From assembly GCA_035686425.1 (NCBI GenBank), contig DASRZL010000154.1, positions 954 to 64,953 on the forward strand: DNA of 64,000 nt, given 5' to 3'. Shown here one piece after another: positions 31,916 through 43,023 of the stretch (positions are counted from its first letter, which is position 1; the number at the start of each line of letters is the position of its first letter). The DNA is from Thermoleophilia bacterium. GTDB taxonomy: Bacteria > Actinomycetota > Thermoleophilia > UBA2241. A program made the translations under genes and the position numbers. The notes below the pieces were generated by a model that was not told where the DNA came from, ran no database searches, and worked only from the letters and a program-made list of their open reading frames with translations.

Positions 31916-32758
31916 ATGGGCAGTTACCGCAACGACGATGAGGCGCTGATCGGTCTGGCGCGCCAGCTCGCCGACGCTTACGGTGAGGCGCGCACGCGCG
32001 AGGACCAGGACTACGCCTGCGACTCGATCGCGGAGTACCTCTCCGAATTCCGGGAGACGGCGCCGGGCGAGGCCCTGCTGGCCATCTTCGACCTGCCGCT
32101 GACGGTGGAGACGTATCCTCTGGTGGACGAGGCGCAGACAGCCCTCGCGGCCCGCGGGCCGAGCATCGTCGAGTTGCTGCTCGAGGCCGCCCTGGGCGAG
32201 GTCTACGACCCGGACGGGCCCGGTTCGGAGCGGGCGGCCGAGACGCTCGACTCCATGGACCTCGGCGAGGTCTCCGCGGGTCTCACCGGGGTGCTCTGTG
32301 GCCGCGCCGACGGCCAGCTCAAGGGCGCCGCCATCGATGCGCTCGTTGCGCTGGGCGGCGTGGCCGAGCCCGATCTCGTGGTCTCGCTGGACGACCCTGT
32401 GGGCGGCGAGTGGGCGCGCGCGGCGCTGGAGCAGCTGCGCTATGCACGCGAGCACCCGGGCGCCGCGGACGACGAGGAGCCGGACGACGCCGCTGCCGAA
32501 GACGCCGGCGGGGACGTCGTCGCCGAGACCGCCGCCGAGACCGCCGCCGAGACCGCCGCCGAGCCCTCTGCCGATGACGATACTTGTGCTGCCGCCGGCG
32601 ACGAGAGCGGTGGACGGGGGCCGTCCGCCGAAGGCCGGCCGGCCGGCCCGGACAAGGACCTCGTCGACGACGCCTACGAGGGCTTTCTCCGCCGCTTCGA
32701 GCAGGAATCCGGCGGCGGCGCTCTCGGAGACGCTACCGGGGACTCAACCGCGCCCTAA
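31916..32758 (+). CDS. Acidic low-complexity hypothetical protein. It contains the ETAA x3 tandem repeat.
   Basis: It is Asp/Glu/Ala-rich and has no recognisable domain. The start has only a weak RBS. Confidence 0.4.
   Translation: MGSYRNDDEALIGLARQLADAYGEARTREDQDYACDSIAEYLSEFRETAPGEALLAIFDLPLTVETYPLVDEAQTALAARGPSIVELLLEAALGEVYDPDGPGSERAAETLDSMDLGEVSAGLTGVLCGRADGQLKGAAIDALVALGGVAEPDLVVSLDDPVGGEWARAALEQLRYAREHPGAADDEEPDDAAAEDAGGDVVAETAAETAAETAAEPSADDDTCAAAGDESGGRGPSAEGRPAGPDKDLVDDAYEGFLRRFEQESGGGALGDATGDSTAP
32522..32566 (+). repeat. 12-nt tandem repeat GCCGAGACCGCC x3.7, in-frame, encoding ETAA repeats.
   Basis: Three perfect copies plus a partial copy are read directly. Confidence 0.7.
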
Positions 32759-33091
32759 CGTCGCGCAACGCGCTCTGAACACGGTCTTCATATTCGCTTG
32801 AGATAGTGTGCCCAAGCCATCAACGGCGGCGACGGTTGCCCCCCCGACCGTCCCAGGGTCCGGCTGTAGTACGGTGCGCCCCCACCGAGCCGACCGCCCG
32901 TCAGCCCGGCGCGCCTTCCTCCTGGCGCCCGAGTGCCGTTGGCCCCTCTGGGCCGCGGCGAGCGCACGGCGCTCGCCGCGGCCCATCCTCCTTTCTTGAC
33001 CTGGTCGGCCACGTCCCTACTGCTCCGTTTGCGGCTCCTTGCGATCGCATCCTCGTTCGCAGCCAGTCCGGTCGCCCGTCCCATGCCCGGC

Positions 33092-33131
33092 TTGACACTG
33101 CCCGCTGGCAGCCCTAGAGTGAACAGTGTTC
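33092..33131 (+). promoter_or_regulatory. Promoter TTGACA-N17-TAGAGT for the tetR-MMPL pair. Immediately after the -10 box is the palindromic operator GAACA-G-TGTTC, and a third half-site TGTTCAC lies 16 nt further on.
   Basis: The -35 box is at 33092-33097. The -10 box is at 33115-33120. The palindrome is at 33121-33131. A TGTTCAC repeat is at 33146-33152. The ATG is at 33165. Confidence 0.5.
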
Positions 33132-33164
33132 GCATAGCGGAATACTGTTCACGATGGAGCAGTC

Positions 33165-33797
33165 ATGCCACTGACCAGCCGCCAGGACAAGCGCCATCAG
33201 GAGACCCGGGACGAGATCCTGGAGGCGGCACGCGCCCTCGTCGTGGAGAAGGGCGCGCACGCCCTGACCGTCCGTGAGCTCGCAGCCCGTGTCGACCTGA
33301 CGGCGCCGGCTCTCTACCGTTACTTCGCCGACGGCAAGGACGAGATCCTGCTCGCCCTCGCCGCCCAGGATCTGGACCATCTCTCTGCCCACCTGCTCAC
33401 CGTTCCCGCCACATTGCCGGTCGACGAGCGCCTCATCGAGCTGGGGCTGGCGTACATCCAGTTCGCGCGCGAGCATCCGGCAGAGCTTGACCTGCTGTTC
33501 GAGAGCCTCGGGGCGCTGTCGCGGGATACCCAGAACGGCAGCCTCGAGCCGCTCACGCCAACGCCGCTGTTCACCATCATCCAGGACGTGCTCGAGGAAG
33601 GCATCGCGCAGGGAGTTCTCTTCGCCCGAGGTGAGGACGACGTGATCCTCATGTGGCACGGAGCGTGGGCCCTGGTCCACGGCCTCACGGCCGTCGAGCG
33701 AACCCATCAGCACCACGACGAGTTGTTCCGGGCGCGCGCCCGCGACGTGCTGCGCGCCTTCGTGAACGGCCTCAAGACCGATTGGACGAGCGGCTAG
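33165..33797 (+). CDS. TetR-family transcriptional regulator. It is the probable repressor of the adjacent MMPL transporter.
   Basis: The HTH block is TRDEILEAARALVVEKGAHALTVRELAARVDLTAPALYRYFADGKDEILLAL. Confidence 0.8.
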   Translation: MPLTSRQDKRHQETRDEILEAARALVVEKGAHALTVRELAARVDLTAPALYRYFADGKDEILLALAAQDLDHLSAHLLTVPATLPVDERLIELGLAYIQFAREHPAELDLLFESLGALSRDTQNGSLEPLTPTPLFTIIQDVLEEGIAQGVLFARGEDDVILMWHGAWALVHGLTAVERTHQHHDELFRARARDVLRAFVNGLKTDWTSG

Positions 33798-33897
33798 GCC
33801 GATCGCGACGCGAACCAGCAACCGTGCGGGGCGGCGCAGCCACCACGCACAGGCCCGGACGGGGCAGCTGTGCCCCGCCATCCCCAGGGAGACCGAG

Positions 33898-36375
33898 ATG
33901 CGACGTACGCCCCTGACACACAGACTCGCTCGCGCCTGCGCCCACCGGCCGTGGCTCACCGTCGCCGCGTGGCTGGCCGTCATCGCGGTCGCGGGCGGCC
34001 TGCTGGTCGCCTACGGCGACTCTCTGCAGGCCTCCGACGACTTCATCGGCCGGCCGGAGTCGAAACAGGCGGAAGAGGTGCTCGCCGAGCGGCTCCCCGG
34101 CTCCGACGCCGACACGGAGATCGTGGTCGTCCGTGCGGAAGGTCTAACCGTGGAGGATGCCGCCTTCGAGGCACGCGTCCGGAGCCTCGCCGCGTCGATC
34201 CGCGCCCTGGTGCCGAAGGACGTGCGCGCCGTGGCGACTTACTACGACGCGCGGGCGGCCGCGATGCAGGCAGCAGACCAGGCGCGGACTGCGGAGGCGA
34301 CGCCGGCAGGCGCGGATGCGGCGTCGTTGAAGGCCGCCGAGGCGGCTGCCCAGGCGGCGGATCTCGTCTCCACCGACCGCCGCACGACCATCCTCGCGGT
34401 CACGATGGCGGCGGCCTCTGCAGACGTCGATGAGCACATGGCCGGCCTCCACGAACTGGTGAGCGCCTCCGACGGCGAGGACGGCTTCACCGTGGTCCTC
34501 ACGGGGAGCGGCGCCTGGGAGCGTGACGCCTCCGCTATCGCCGAGAGCGACCTGCGCCGCGGCGAGGCGATCGGTATCCCCATCGCGCTGGTGATCCTCA
34601 TCATCGTGTTCGCCTCACTCGTCGCGGCGATGGTCCCGCTGGCGCTCGGCGTCGTCGCCATCGTCGTCGGGGCGGCGCTCACCGCGCTGCTCGGCGAGGG
34701 CTTCACGGTCTCGGTGTTCGCGCTCAACATCGTCACCGTGATGGGACTCGCCGTGGGCATCGATTACACGCTCTTCATCGTCTCGCGCTTCCGCGAGGAG
34801 CTGGCGGCCGGCCGCGCGGCGCCCGATGCGGTCGGTCGGGCTGCGGCCACGGCCAGTCGCGCCGTCCTCTTCAGCGGCATGACCGTGGTGCTCGCGCTCT
34901 GCGGCATGCTGGTCGTGCCATTCACGATCTTCACGAGCCTCGGCGCCGGGGCGATCCTGGTCGTGATGGTCGCTGTGGCCGCGGCGCTCACGCTGCTCCC
35001 TGCGGTTCTCGTACTCCTCGGCCACCGGATCAATGCCCTGCGGCTGCCCGTCGGGCGTCTCGCACGACGCCACAGCGGAGCGGCTCCGGACACCGCCGGC
35101 GGCGCTCCAGCGCGCCAGGCGAGCGGCTTCTGGGCCAGGACCGCCGACGTGATCATGAGGCGTCCGGTCGTGAGCCTCGTCATCGGCGGTGGCATCCTCG
35201 TGCTGCTTGCCGCGCCCGGATTCACCATGCAGCGCGGCGAGTCCGGCATCTCCGGGCTGCCCGAAGATCTGGGCACGCGGCGCGGCTACGAGATCCTCGC
35301 CGCGGAGTTCTCGGCGGGCATGACGTCGCCGATCCTGGTCGTCGTCGACGGCGACCTCGCCGATCCGCGGGTCGCGGCGGCGGTGGAGAAGCTCAAGACG
35401 GCCGCTCTGGCGGACGGCCGCTTCTCCCTCACCGGCTTCGAGAGCAGCGAGGACGGCCGCCTCGGCCTGCTCAGCCTGGCCGCGAACACCGATGGGACGG
35501 GAGCCGAGGCGGCGCAAGCAGTGCGTGACCTGCGCGGCGACATCATCCCCGCGGCCGTCGACGGCGCGCCGCTGCGGGCTCTCGTCGGCGGCAGCCCGGC
35601 GGCGTTCGCCGACATGATCGACCTCGTCGACCTCTACACACCCATCGTGATCGGCGCGGTGCTGCTCCTCAGCTGCATCCTGCTGCTTGTCGCCTTCCGT
35701 TCGCTCGTGATCGCCGTCACGGCGGTCTTCATGAATCTGCTCAGCGTCGGCGCGGCCTTCGGCCTCCTCACGCTGGTCTTCCAGAAGGGCGTCGGCGCGA
35801 GCCTGCTCGGCTTCCACCAGACCGACGTGATCGAGTCCTGGGTGCCGCTGCTGCTCTTCTGTATCCTCTTCGGGCTCTCGATGGACTATCAGGTGTTCCT
35901 GCTGAGCCGCATCCGCGAGCGCTACGACCAGCGCGGCGACACCACGGAGGCGGTGGCGTTCGGCATCCAGTCCACCGCCGGCATCATCACGGGCGCGGCG
36001 CTGATCATGGTCGCCGTGTTCGCCGGGCTCGCCGCCGGCGAGATGGTCATGTTCCAGGAGATCGGCTTCGGGCTGGCCGTGGCGGTGGCGCTCGACGCGA
36101 CCCTGGTCAGGGTCGTCGTGGTGCCCGCGACCATGGCGCTGCTGGGACGCTGGAACTGGTACCTGCCCAAGTGGCTGCAGTGGCTGCCGCAGTTGAGCCT
36201 GGATGAAGGGACCGTGGGGGACGGGGCGGCGGAGCCCTCCGGGCCCGCCCCGCTTGCAGATGCCGGTGCGGTTGCCGTAGAGGCCGTCAGCCCTGAGCGT
36301 CCGCTGCGGATCGCCTCGCGAACCGCCGCGCCGGCTCCGGCGCGTCCTCAGCCAGCGGACCCTTCGTCTCCGTGA
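33898..36375 (+). CDS. MMPL-family (RND superfamily) membrane transporter.
   Basis: It is 825 aa, with two 6-TM bundles each preceded by a periplasmic domain. GGGAGACCGAG precedes the ATG. Confidence 0.85.
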   Translation: MRRTPLTHRLARACAHRPWLTVAAWLAVIAVAGGLLVAYGDSLQASDDFIGRPESKQAEEVLAERLPGSDADTEIVVVRAEGLTVEDAAFEARVRSLAASIRALVPKDVRAVATYYDARAAAMQAADQARTAEATPAGADAASLKAAEAAAQAADLVSTDRRTTILAVTMAAASADVDEHMAGLHELVSASDGEDGFTVVLTGSGAWERDASAIAESDLRRGEAIGIPIALVILIIVFASLVAAMVPLALGVVAIVVGAALTALLGEGFTVSVFALNIVTVMGLAVGIDYTLFIVSRFREELAAGRAAPDAVGRAAATASRAVLFSGMTVVLALCGMLVVPFTIFTSLGAGAILVVMVAVAAALTLLPAVLVLLGHRINALRLPVGRLARRHSGAAPDTAGGAPARQASGFWARTADVIMRRPVVSLVIGGGILVLLAAPGFTMQRGESGISGLPEDLGTRRGYEILAAEFSAGMTSPILVVVDGDLADPRVAAAVEKLKTAALADGRFSLTGFESSEDGRLGLLSLAANTDGTGAEAAQAVRDLRGDIIPAAVDGAPLRALVGGSPAAFADMIDLVDLYTPIVIGAVLLLSCILLLVAFRSLVIAVTAVFMNLLSVGAAFGLLTLVFQKGVGASLLGFHQTDVIESWVPLLLFCILFGLSMDYQVFLLSRIRERYDQRGDTTEAVAFGIQSTAGIITGAALIMVAVFAGLAAGEMVMFQEIGFGLAVAVALDATLVRVVVVPATMALLGRWNWYLPKWLQWLPQLSLDEGTVGDGAAEPSGPAPLADAGAVAVEAVSPERPLRIASRTAAPAPARPQPADPSSP

Positions 36376-36737
36376 CGAGGCAGCGCAGGACGTCCGGGTA
36401 GACCTGTAGGCCCCGGCCCACGAGGTCATCTCCGACCTTGACGCCGCCGTCCGGATACAGCCGGGCGTTGACCTCGTTCCTGGCCGGATCGGGGCCGAGG
36501 GGGCCGTAGGAGTCGAAGAGGAAGATCCGGGCGCCGGCGAGGGGACCTGCGGCAACCTTCCTCGCGAAGCTTCGCGTGCGCCGGCTCATGTTCTTCATCC
36601 GCATCGGTCCGCCGACGCCGAGGAAGTCCGCGCCGGCCACCTGGAACGTGGCGCCGGACCAGCTGTCGCAGAGGAACGCCGTTCATGACGCGCGTATCTC
36701 AGAAGGGCGCGCCGTGTCACGCGACCGCGCCGTGTCG

Positions 36738-36953
36738 TCAGGCGACGGCGACCTCGTGGACCGCGGCCGCGATGCGCTCTCGCAGGGCCTTGCGTTCCGG
36801 AGAGTCATGGTCGCCGATAGCAGCCGTGTACGCGTCCGGGTGTTCGTAGCGCACGTGGGCGATGATGCCGAACTCGAGGCGCTCGAGCGAAAAGGCCATG
36901 AGATCGAAGTCGCAGTCGGTCAGGGCCAGTTCTCGACAAGACACTTCGTACAT
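36738..36953 (-). CDS. Small hypothetical protein (71 aa).
   Basis: GGAGG lies 6 nt upstream of the ATG at 36953. The translation is MYEVSCRELALTDCDFDLMAFSLERLEFGIIAHVRYEHPDAYTAAIGDHDSPERKALRERIAAAVHEVAVA. Confidence 0.4.
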   Translation of the reverse strand: MYEVSCRELALTDCDFDLMAFSLERLEFGIIAHVRYEHPDAYTAAIGDHDSPERKALRERIAAAVHEVAVA

Positions 36954-37431
36954 GCCGTCCCTCCTCCCGTCGGCCACGCATGTGCGGTGATGGCACCCAC
37001 CTAGAGTATGCCCTCTGCGTCGCCGACTGCGGGGCCTGGAGGGGGAATCAGGTCCGTCCCCGGGGCAATCTGGGGTGGTCACCGGACCCCGGGGAAGGGC
37101 TCGGGCCTCGGTGTCCGCAGGCCGGTCAAGCTGACGGGCGAGGACCTCCGCCGCGCACGCGAAGTCCCGGCGCGGAGCCATGCGCGGATCCGGCGTTCGG
37201 TTCAACCGCGTCACACCCGTGCGCGAGCGCCCGCTCGGCGTTCAGGAGCGCTTCCCGGCGGTCCCCGGAGTTCAGCATCGAGACGCGGGCAGAGCGCAGC
37301 TGCGGCCTGACCCTCATGCGACGAGTCATCATGGCCGGTACATCCTCACGCCCCCGTGTTAGCGTTGCGTGAGATGCCGCCGAGGCGACGGTGAATCTTG
37401 TCGGCGGTGACAATGGACGCGGGGAGATGAG

Positions 37432-37716
37432 ATGGGCTGTTGTCTGATCGTGGGAGTGCTCGCGGCGTCGCCGCGCATCATCCTGTTCGGCCTCTGGCTG
37501 TTCACCGACTACCTGAGCCGCATCGGCCTGCCCTTCATGTGGGGCTTCATCGGTTTCCTCTTCGTGCCGTGCACGACCATCGCGTACGCGATCGCCGAGA
37601 ACTCGTTCGGTGGCCTCGAGGGATGGGGGACCGTGGTCTTCGCCGCAGGCATCGCCCTCGACATCCTGCTCTACTCGAGCGGTCGCAGGAGCCGGCGGGA
37701 GCGGCGCGCGGGCTGA
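37432..37716 (+). CDS. Small membrane protein (94 aa, 3 TM helices).
   Basis: GGGGAGATGAG precedes the ATG. The hydrophobic segments are well defined. Confidence 0.45.
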   Translation: MGCCLIVGVLAASPRIILFGLWLFTDYLSRIGLPFMWGFIGFLFVPCTTIAYAIAENSFGGLEGWGTVVFAAGIALDILLYSSGRRSRRERRAG

Positions 37717-37747
37717 CGATGCGGCCGCGGCGGCCCGCCGCCGCGTG

Positions 37748-39052
37748 TCACGCGCTGGTGTGAGGCGCGGCTCCGGCCGGCGGCGCCCCGCCGGCGTCGC
37801 CGGCCAGTATCGCCGCCGGCTGCAGCCGCCAGACGTCCTTGACGAGCAGTACCCAGAAGGCGGCCAGCAGCCCGAGCCCTCCGGTTACCCAGCACATGGT
37901 CGTCACCCCGAACGCCTCGGCGAGCGGGCCGGCGACCGCCAAGCCGACCGGCCACAGCGCCAGCGACGCCATCCAGTCCCACGCCGTCACACGGCCGAGC
38001 GACTCCTCAGCGATCTGCGTCTGCAACGTCGTGTTCCACACTGCGACGAGGATGCCGACGGCCACTCCCCGCAGGATGTAGACGCCGCCAAGGACCCACG
38101 GATCCGCGAAGATGGCGAGTGCCAGCGGCGCCGCCACTGCGGTACTGCCGGTCAGGGTGACTGTGATCATGGGCCGCTTGGACCGGTAGCGCATGGCGAT
38201 CGCCATGCCGACGATCATGCCGGCGCTGAAGACCGCCTGCAGCCAGCCCCACGCCACGGCGCCATAGCCCTCCTCGAGCAGTCCGAGCGGCCCCAGGATC
38301 TGGAAGGGCGCGATCACGATGCACAGCACCAGGCAGACGCGAAGCAGCATCACCCAGAGCCAAGTGCGTGACTTCACCTCTCGCCAGCCGGCGCGCAGCT
38401 CGTCGAGAAACCCTTGGGCGGCCTCTGTCGTCTTCGCGATCGCCGGCACGTGCAGTCTGGCGAGGAAGGCGGCGCTCACGAGGAACGTCGCGCCGTCGAT
38501 GGCGATCGCGCCGCCGGAGCCGATGACGGCGACGAGCACGCCGGCCACCGCCGGTCCGACCATCCAGCCGAAGTTGTCGCTCATGCCCATGAGCGCGTTC
38601 GCCTGCTGCAACTGCCCCGGCGGTACGAGCTGCGGCAGGATCGCTCCGGCCGCCGGACGGAAGAACGCCTCGGCGGCGCCGTGCAGGGCGGCGAGCACGG
38701 CGAGCTGCCAGATCTGCGCCGCGCCCGTCAGCAGAAGCACAGCGGCCGTGATCTGCACCGCCGCTCGGACGAGGTCGCTGCCCATCATGAGGGCGGCGCG
38801 CGGCAGCCTGTCCGCCCACACGCCGCCGACCAGCGCCAGGAGGACCAGCGGCACGCTCTGCGCCGCCAGGACGATACCGAGGTCGGTGCCCGATCCGGTC
38901 AGGTCGAGGACGGCGAAGGTGAGTGCGACCGGCGTGATGCCGTCACCGAACACCGAGACGCTCTGTGCGAGGAGCACGTTGCGGAAGTCACGCCGGCGCA
39001 CGACGCCGGCGCCCTCGCGAAGGCGCGCGGGGAGGAGGCGGGAGAGGCGCAT
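37748..39052 (-). CDS. MFS transporter (EntS/YbdA-like, 12 TMS).
   Basis: The N-terminus FRNVLLAQSVSVFGDGITPVALTFAVLDLTGS is typical of enterobactin-exporter-type MFS proteins. Confidence 0.8.
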   Translation of the reverse strand: MRLSRLLPARLREGAGVVRRRDFRNVLLAQSVSVFGDGITPVALTFAVLDLTGSGTDLGIVLAAQSVPLVLLALVGGVWADRLPRAALMMGSDLVRAAVQITAAVLLLTGAAQIWQLAVLAALHGAAEAFFRPAAGAILPQLVPPGQLQQANALMGMSDNFGWMVGPAVAGVLVAVIGSGGAIAIDGATFLVSAAFLARLHVPAIAKTTEAAQGFLDELRAGWREVKSRTWLWVMLLRVCLVLCIVIAPFQILGPLGLLEEGYGAVAWGWLQAVFSAGMIVGMAIAMRYRSKRPMITVTLTGSTAVAAPLALAIFADPWVLGGVYILRGVAVGILVAVWNTTLQTQIAEESLGRVTAWDWMASLALWPVGLAVAGPLAEAFGVTTMCWVTGGLGLLAAFWVLLVKDVWRLQPAAILAGDAGGAPPAGAAPHTSA

Positions 39053-39108
39053 GCCCCGAGTCTACAGGGGCGACGCGTGGCGCGAACAGGACGAAGCGGT
39101 CGACCCGC

Positions 39109-39866
39109 CTACGACATCTTGGTCGCTCCCCGTGCCGCCCAGAGAGCCATGATCCCCGTCGCCGTCGCGAACCCGAAGGTCACGCCGAACCCGACGAGGA
39201 GCGACGTCCAGTCCCAGCCGGTGTTCAGCAGCGAGCGCATCGAGTCGAAGACGTAGGTCGTCGGATTGATCGTCGCCGCCACTTTGAGCCATCCCGCTGT
39301 GACGTACTCCTTGGGTACGAAGGTGTAGCTCAGGAAGATGAGCGGGAAGAAGGCGAAGGTCGCCGCCTGGGCCGCGGCCGCGTTCTTGGTCTTGAGCGCC
39401 ATGAAGGCCGCGTACCCTGCGAACGCCATCCCCCAGAGAAAGGCCAGCACCACCACGAGCGCGAACCCGGCGGGTCCGGCCGCGACCTTCAGCCCCAGCG
39501 CCAGGGCGATCAGCATGACCAGCACGACCTGGGCCGTCAGCACGATCGCGCTCGCGATCATCGGCCCCCAGATCACCGCGAGCCTCCGTGTGGGCGTCAG
39601 GAGGAGCTTGGTGAAGTAGCCGTTGTCGATGTCCTTGATGAGCGTCTGCCCGGCGAGGCCGGCGCCGCCGACCGCCGCCGAGACGATGGCGACCGGGAGG
39701 ATGAAGCCGAGATACGTGCCCTGGAACCCCGGCAACTCGGCGACCGATGAGAGGCCGCTGTTGTAGACGAAGAGGAAGAAGACGCTGATAGCGATGTTGG
39801 GGAGGACCGTCAGCGGCTCACGCAAGGTGTTCCGCAGCGAGCGGCCGATGAGGAGCAGGGTGTCGT

Positions 39867-39870
<4 letters not shown>
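39109..39870 (-). CDS. ABC-2 type transporter permease.
   Basis: It has six TM helices and the ABC-2 pattern. It is coupled to the upstream ATPase gene (ATGA overlap). Confidence 0.75.
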
Positions 39871-40883
<1,013 letters not shown>

Positions 40884-40997
40884 GCGATTCTCCCTCCATC
40901 GATTGCACAGATGCTGGGGGCGGGATTCCCCGCGTTGCCACCGGCTAATCCAGCGGCGGCGTGGGTATGACCCCCACAACGAGTGAGGAGCGGTCCG

Positions 40998-42365
40998 ATG
41001 CCGGTCTTCGAGTGGCGCAGCATGATGCCGGCCTCGGCCGACGAGGTGTTCACCTACCATGCCCGGTCGGGCGCCTTCCGGCGGTTGGCGCCGCCCTGGC
41101 AGAAGCTGCGCGTGCTGGAGGAGACCGGGGACGTCAGCGGCGGGCGCGTCGCCTTCGACGTCTGGTTCGGACCGGTCAAGCGACACTGGGTCGCGGAGAT
41201 GGGCAGTGCGGTGCCGGGGCGGCAGTTCGTCGACCGGCAGATCGACGGCCCGTTCGCTTCTTGGGAGCACACGCACCGTTTCGCGCCCGAGTCTGCCGAC
41301 CGGAGCGAGCTCATCGACCACATCGAGTACAGCTTGCCGGCCGGCGTTCTCACCGACATGGTCGGTGAGGGGCCGGCCGGCAAGACGCTCTCGCGCCTGT
41401 TCCGCTTCCGTCACGAGCGTACGCTGATGGATCTCGAGCGGCATGCTGTCTGGGGAGAGCGCCCGGCGCTGACCGTGGCCATCGCCGGCGCGAGCGGGCT
41501 GATCGGTGCGCACCTCGCCGACTACCTGACGACTGCCGGCCACCGGGTCGTCCGGCTGGTCCGGCGCGCCGATGCGGGACCGGGCGAGATCCCCTGGGAT
41601 CCGGCTGCCGGGGCGCTCTATCCAGCCGCCCTCGAGGGCGTCGACGCCGTCGTGAACCTGGCCGGCGTGACCCTGGCCGGCGTCTGGACGTCGAGCCGCA
41701 AGCGGGCGATCCTCGAGAGCCGCGTGCAGGCGACGCAGACGTTGGTCGGCGCGATCGCCCGGATGGACGCCCCGCCTCCGGTGCTGGTGAACACCTCCGC
41801 CGTGGGCGCCTACGGCTCTCGCGGCGGCGACGCCATCACCGAACGGACCGAGCTCGGATCAGGCTTCCTCGCCGACGTCTGCCGCGCCTGGGAGGGCGCT
41901 GCGGCGCCCGTCCGTGACGCCGGCGTCCGCCTCGTGACCACGCGCGTCGGCATCGTCGTCAGCGCGGCGGGCGGGGCGCTCGCCAGCATGCTCCCCGCCT
42001 TCAAGGCAGGCCTCGGCACGCGGTTCGGCGCCGGCGACCAATACTGGGCGTGGGTGAGCCTCGACGACGTGCTCGCCGCGATCGAGTGGGCGATCCACGA
42101 CGAAGAGATCGATGGAGTCGTCAACGTGACTGCTCCCGAGCCGGTGACCAACCGCGAGTTCACCAAGACTCTCGGCCGCGTGCTGCGCCGCCCGGCTGCG
42201 CTGGCGGCGCCGGGCTTCGTCCTCCGGCACGGTCTCGGTGGCATGGGCGACGAGATGTTCCTCGCCAGCCAGCGCGCCTTGCCGGCACGGCTCCAGGACC
42301 AGGGACTCCGCTTCGCCTTTCCGGAGCTCGAGAGCGCGCTGCGCTACGAGCTCGGCCGCAGCTGA
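40998..42365 (+). CDS. Two-domain protein: an N-terminal SRPBCC (polyketide-cyclase-like) domain fused to a TIGR01777/YfcH-type NAD-dependent epimerase/dehydratase domain with a DUF1731-like C-terminus.
   Basis: Residues 1-150 form a cyclase/dehydrase-like domain. The Rossmann block is LTVAIAGASGLIGAHLADYL. The C-terminal block is DQYWAWVSLDDVLAAIEWAIHDEEIDGVVNVTAPEPVTNREFTKTLG. GAGGAG lies 7 nt before the ATG. Confidence 0.75.
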   Translation: MPVFEWRSMMPASADEVFTYHARSGAFRRLAPPWQKLRVLEETGDVSGGRVAFDVWFGPVKRHWVAEMGSAVPGRQFVDRQIDGPFASWEHTHRFAPESADRSELIDHIEYSLPAGVLTDMVGEGPAGKTLSRLFRFRHERTLMDLERHAVWGERPALTVAIAGASGLIGAHLADYLTTAGHRVVRLVRRADAGPGEIPWDPAAGALYPAALEGVDAVVNLAGVTLAGVWTSSRKRAILESRVQATQTLVGAIARMDAPPPVLVNTSAVGAYGSRGGDAITERTELGSGFLADVCRAWEGAAAPVRDAGVRLVTTRVGIVVSAAGGALASMLPAFKAGLGTRFGAGDQYWAWVSLDDVLAAIEWAIHDEEIDGVVNVTAPEPVTNREFTKTLGRVLRRPAALAAPGFVLRHGLGGMGDEMFLASQRALPARLQDQGLRFAFPELESALRYELGRS

Positions 42366-43006
42366 GGGGCGCGGAACACCCAGTCGCGTGTGGCGTCAGC
42401 CATCGGGATCCTGACCTCGCGCGTCCAACCGAGCTCATCGAGCGCGGCGAGCTGGCGCGCGTCATCGCTCGCCGCCGTCCACCAGAGCTCGGGGAACGCC
42501 CACTCCGGTCCGGTCAGCCAGCCGGTCACGACACCGAGGAAGCGCAGCTCCAGCACCTCCGGCTCGTCGCGTCGCACCCACCCGCGGATGCAGGGGGTGT
42601 CGTCGCCGGCCCGGTCTGGGTCCGCCGGCGGCTCCACGCCGCGCGTGCGCAGCATGTCGCGCAATGGTCGCACGTAGACGCACCCGAGTACGCGGCGCTC
42701 GACCGCGTCGAGCAAGCTGTACGTCAGAGCGACGCGCGCCGCGTGCTCCTCGTCGTGCCAGCCGAGCTCCCTCCGGTTCTCCCCGACGGTGAAGTCGTCC
42801 GCCGGCCAATCGCTATCTGACCAGCGTCGCAGGTAGGGGGCGCTGGCCATCAACGCCGCATGGTCGAGCTCCGCGTGCACGGCGGTGAGCCTTGCGAGCA
42901 CCAGGCCTTGACTGGAATGCCGCCGCGGCGCCGGGCCGGCGTACCATTCTCCCGGGGTCCTGCCGCCGTCTGGGGGCGGCGCCGGGTCGTCGAGGGTGTT
43001 CGCCAT
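42344..43006 (-). CDS. Putative GNAT-family acetyltransferase-like protein.
   Basis: Weak GNAT-like blocks are present (AARVALTYSLLDAVERRVLGCVYVRPL). It is convergent with the upstream gene and overlaps it by about 20 nt. Confidence 0.4.
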   Translation of the reverse strand: MANTLDDPAPPPDGGRTPGEWYAGPAPRRHSSQGLVLARLTAVHAELDHAALMASAPYLRRWSDSDWPADDFTVGENRRELGWHDEEHAARVALTYSLLDAVERRVLGCVYVRPLRDMLRTRGVEPPADPDRAGDDTPCIRGWVRRDEPEVLELRFLGVVTGWLTGPEWAFPELWWTAASDDARQLAALDELGWTREVRIPMADATRDWVFRAPQLRPSS

Positions 43007-43023
43007 CGTTCCTCCGGGCGTCG

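Noticed and set aside
36287-36640. A 117-aa minus-strand ORF convergent with and overlapping the last 90 nt of the MMPL gene.
   Set aside because: Part of it is antisense to well-supported MMPL coding sequence. It has no RBS and no recognisable domain. The non-overlapping portion (MSRRTRSFARKVAAGPLAGARIFLFDSYGPLGPDP...) is not clearly junk, but there is not enough to call it.
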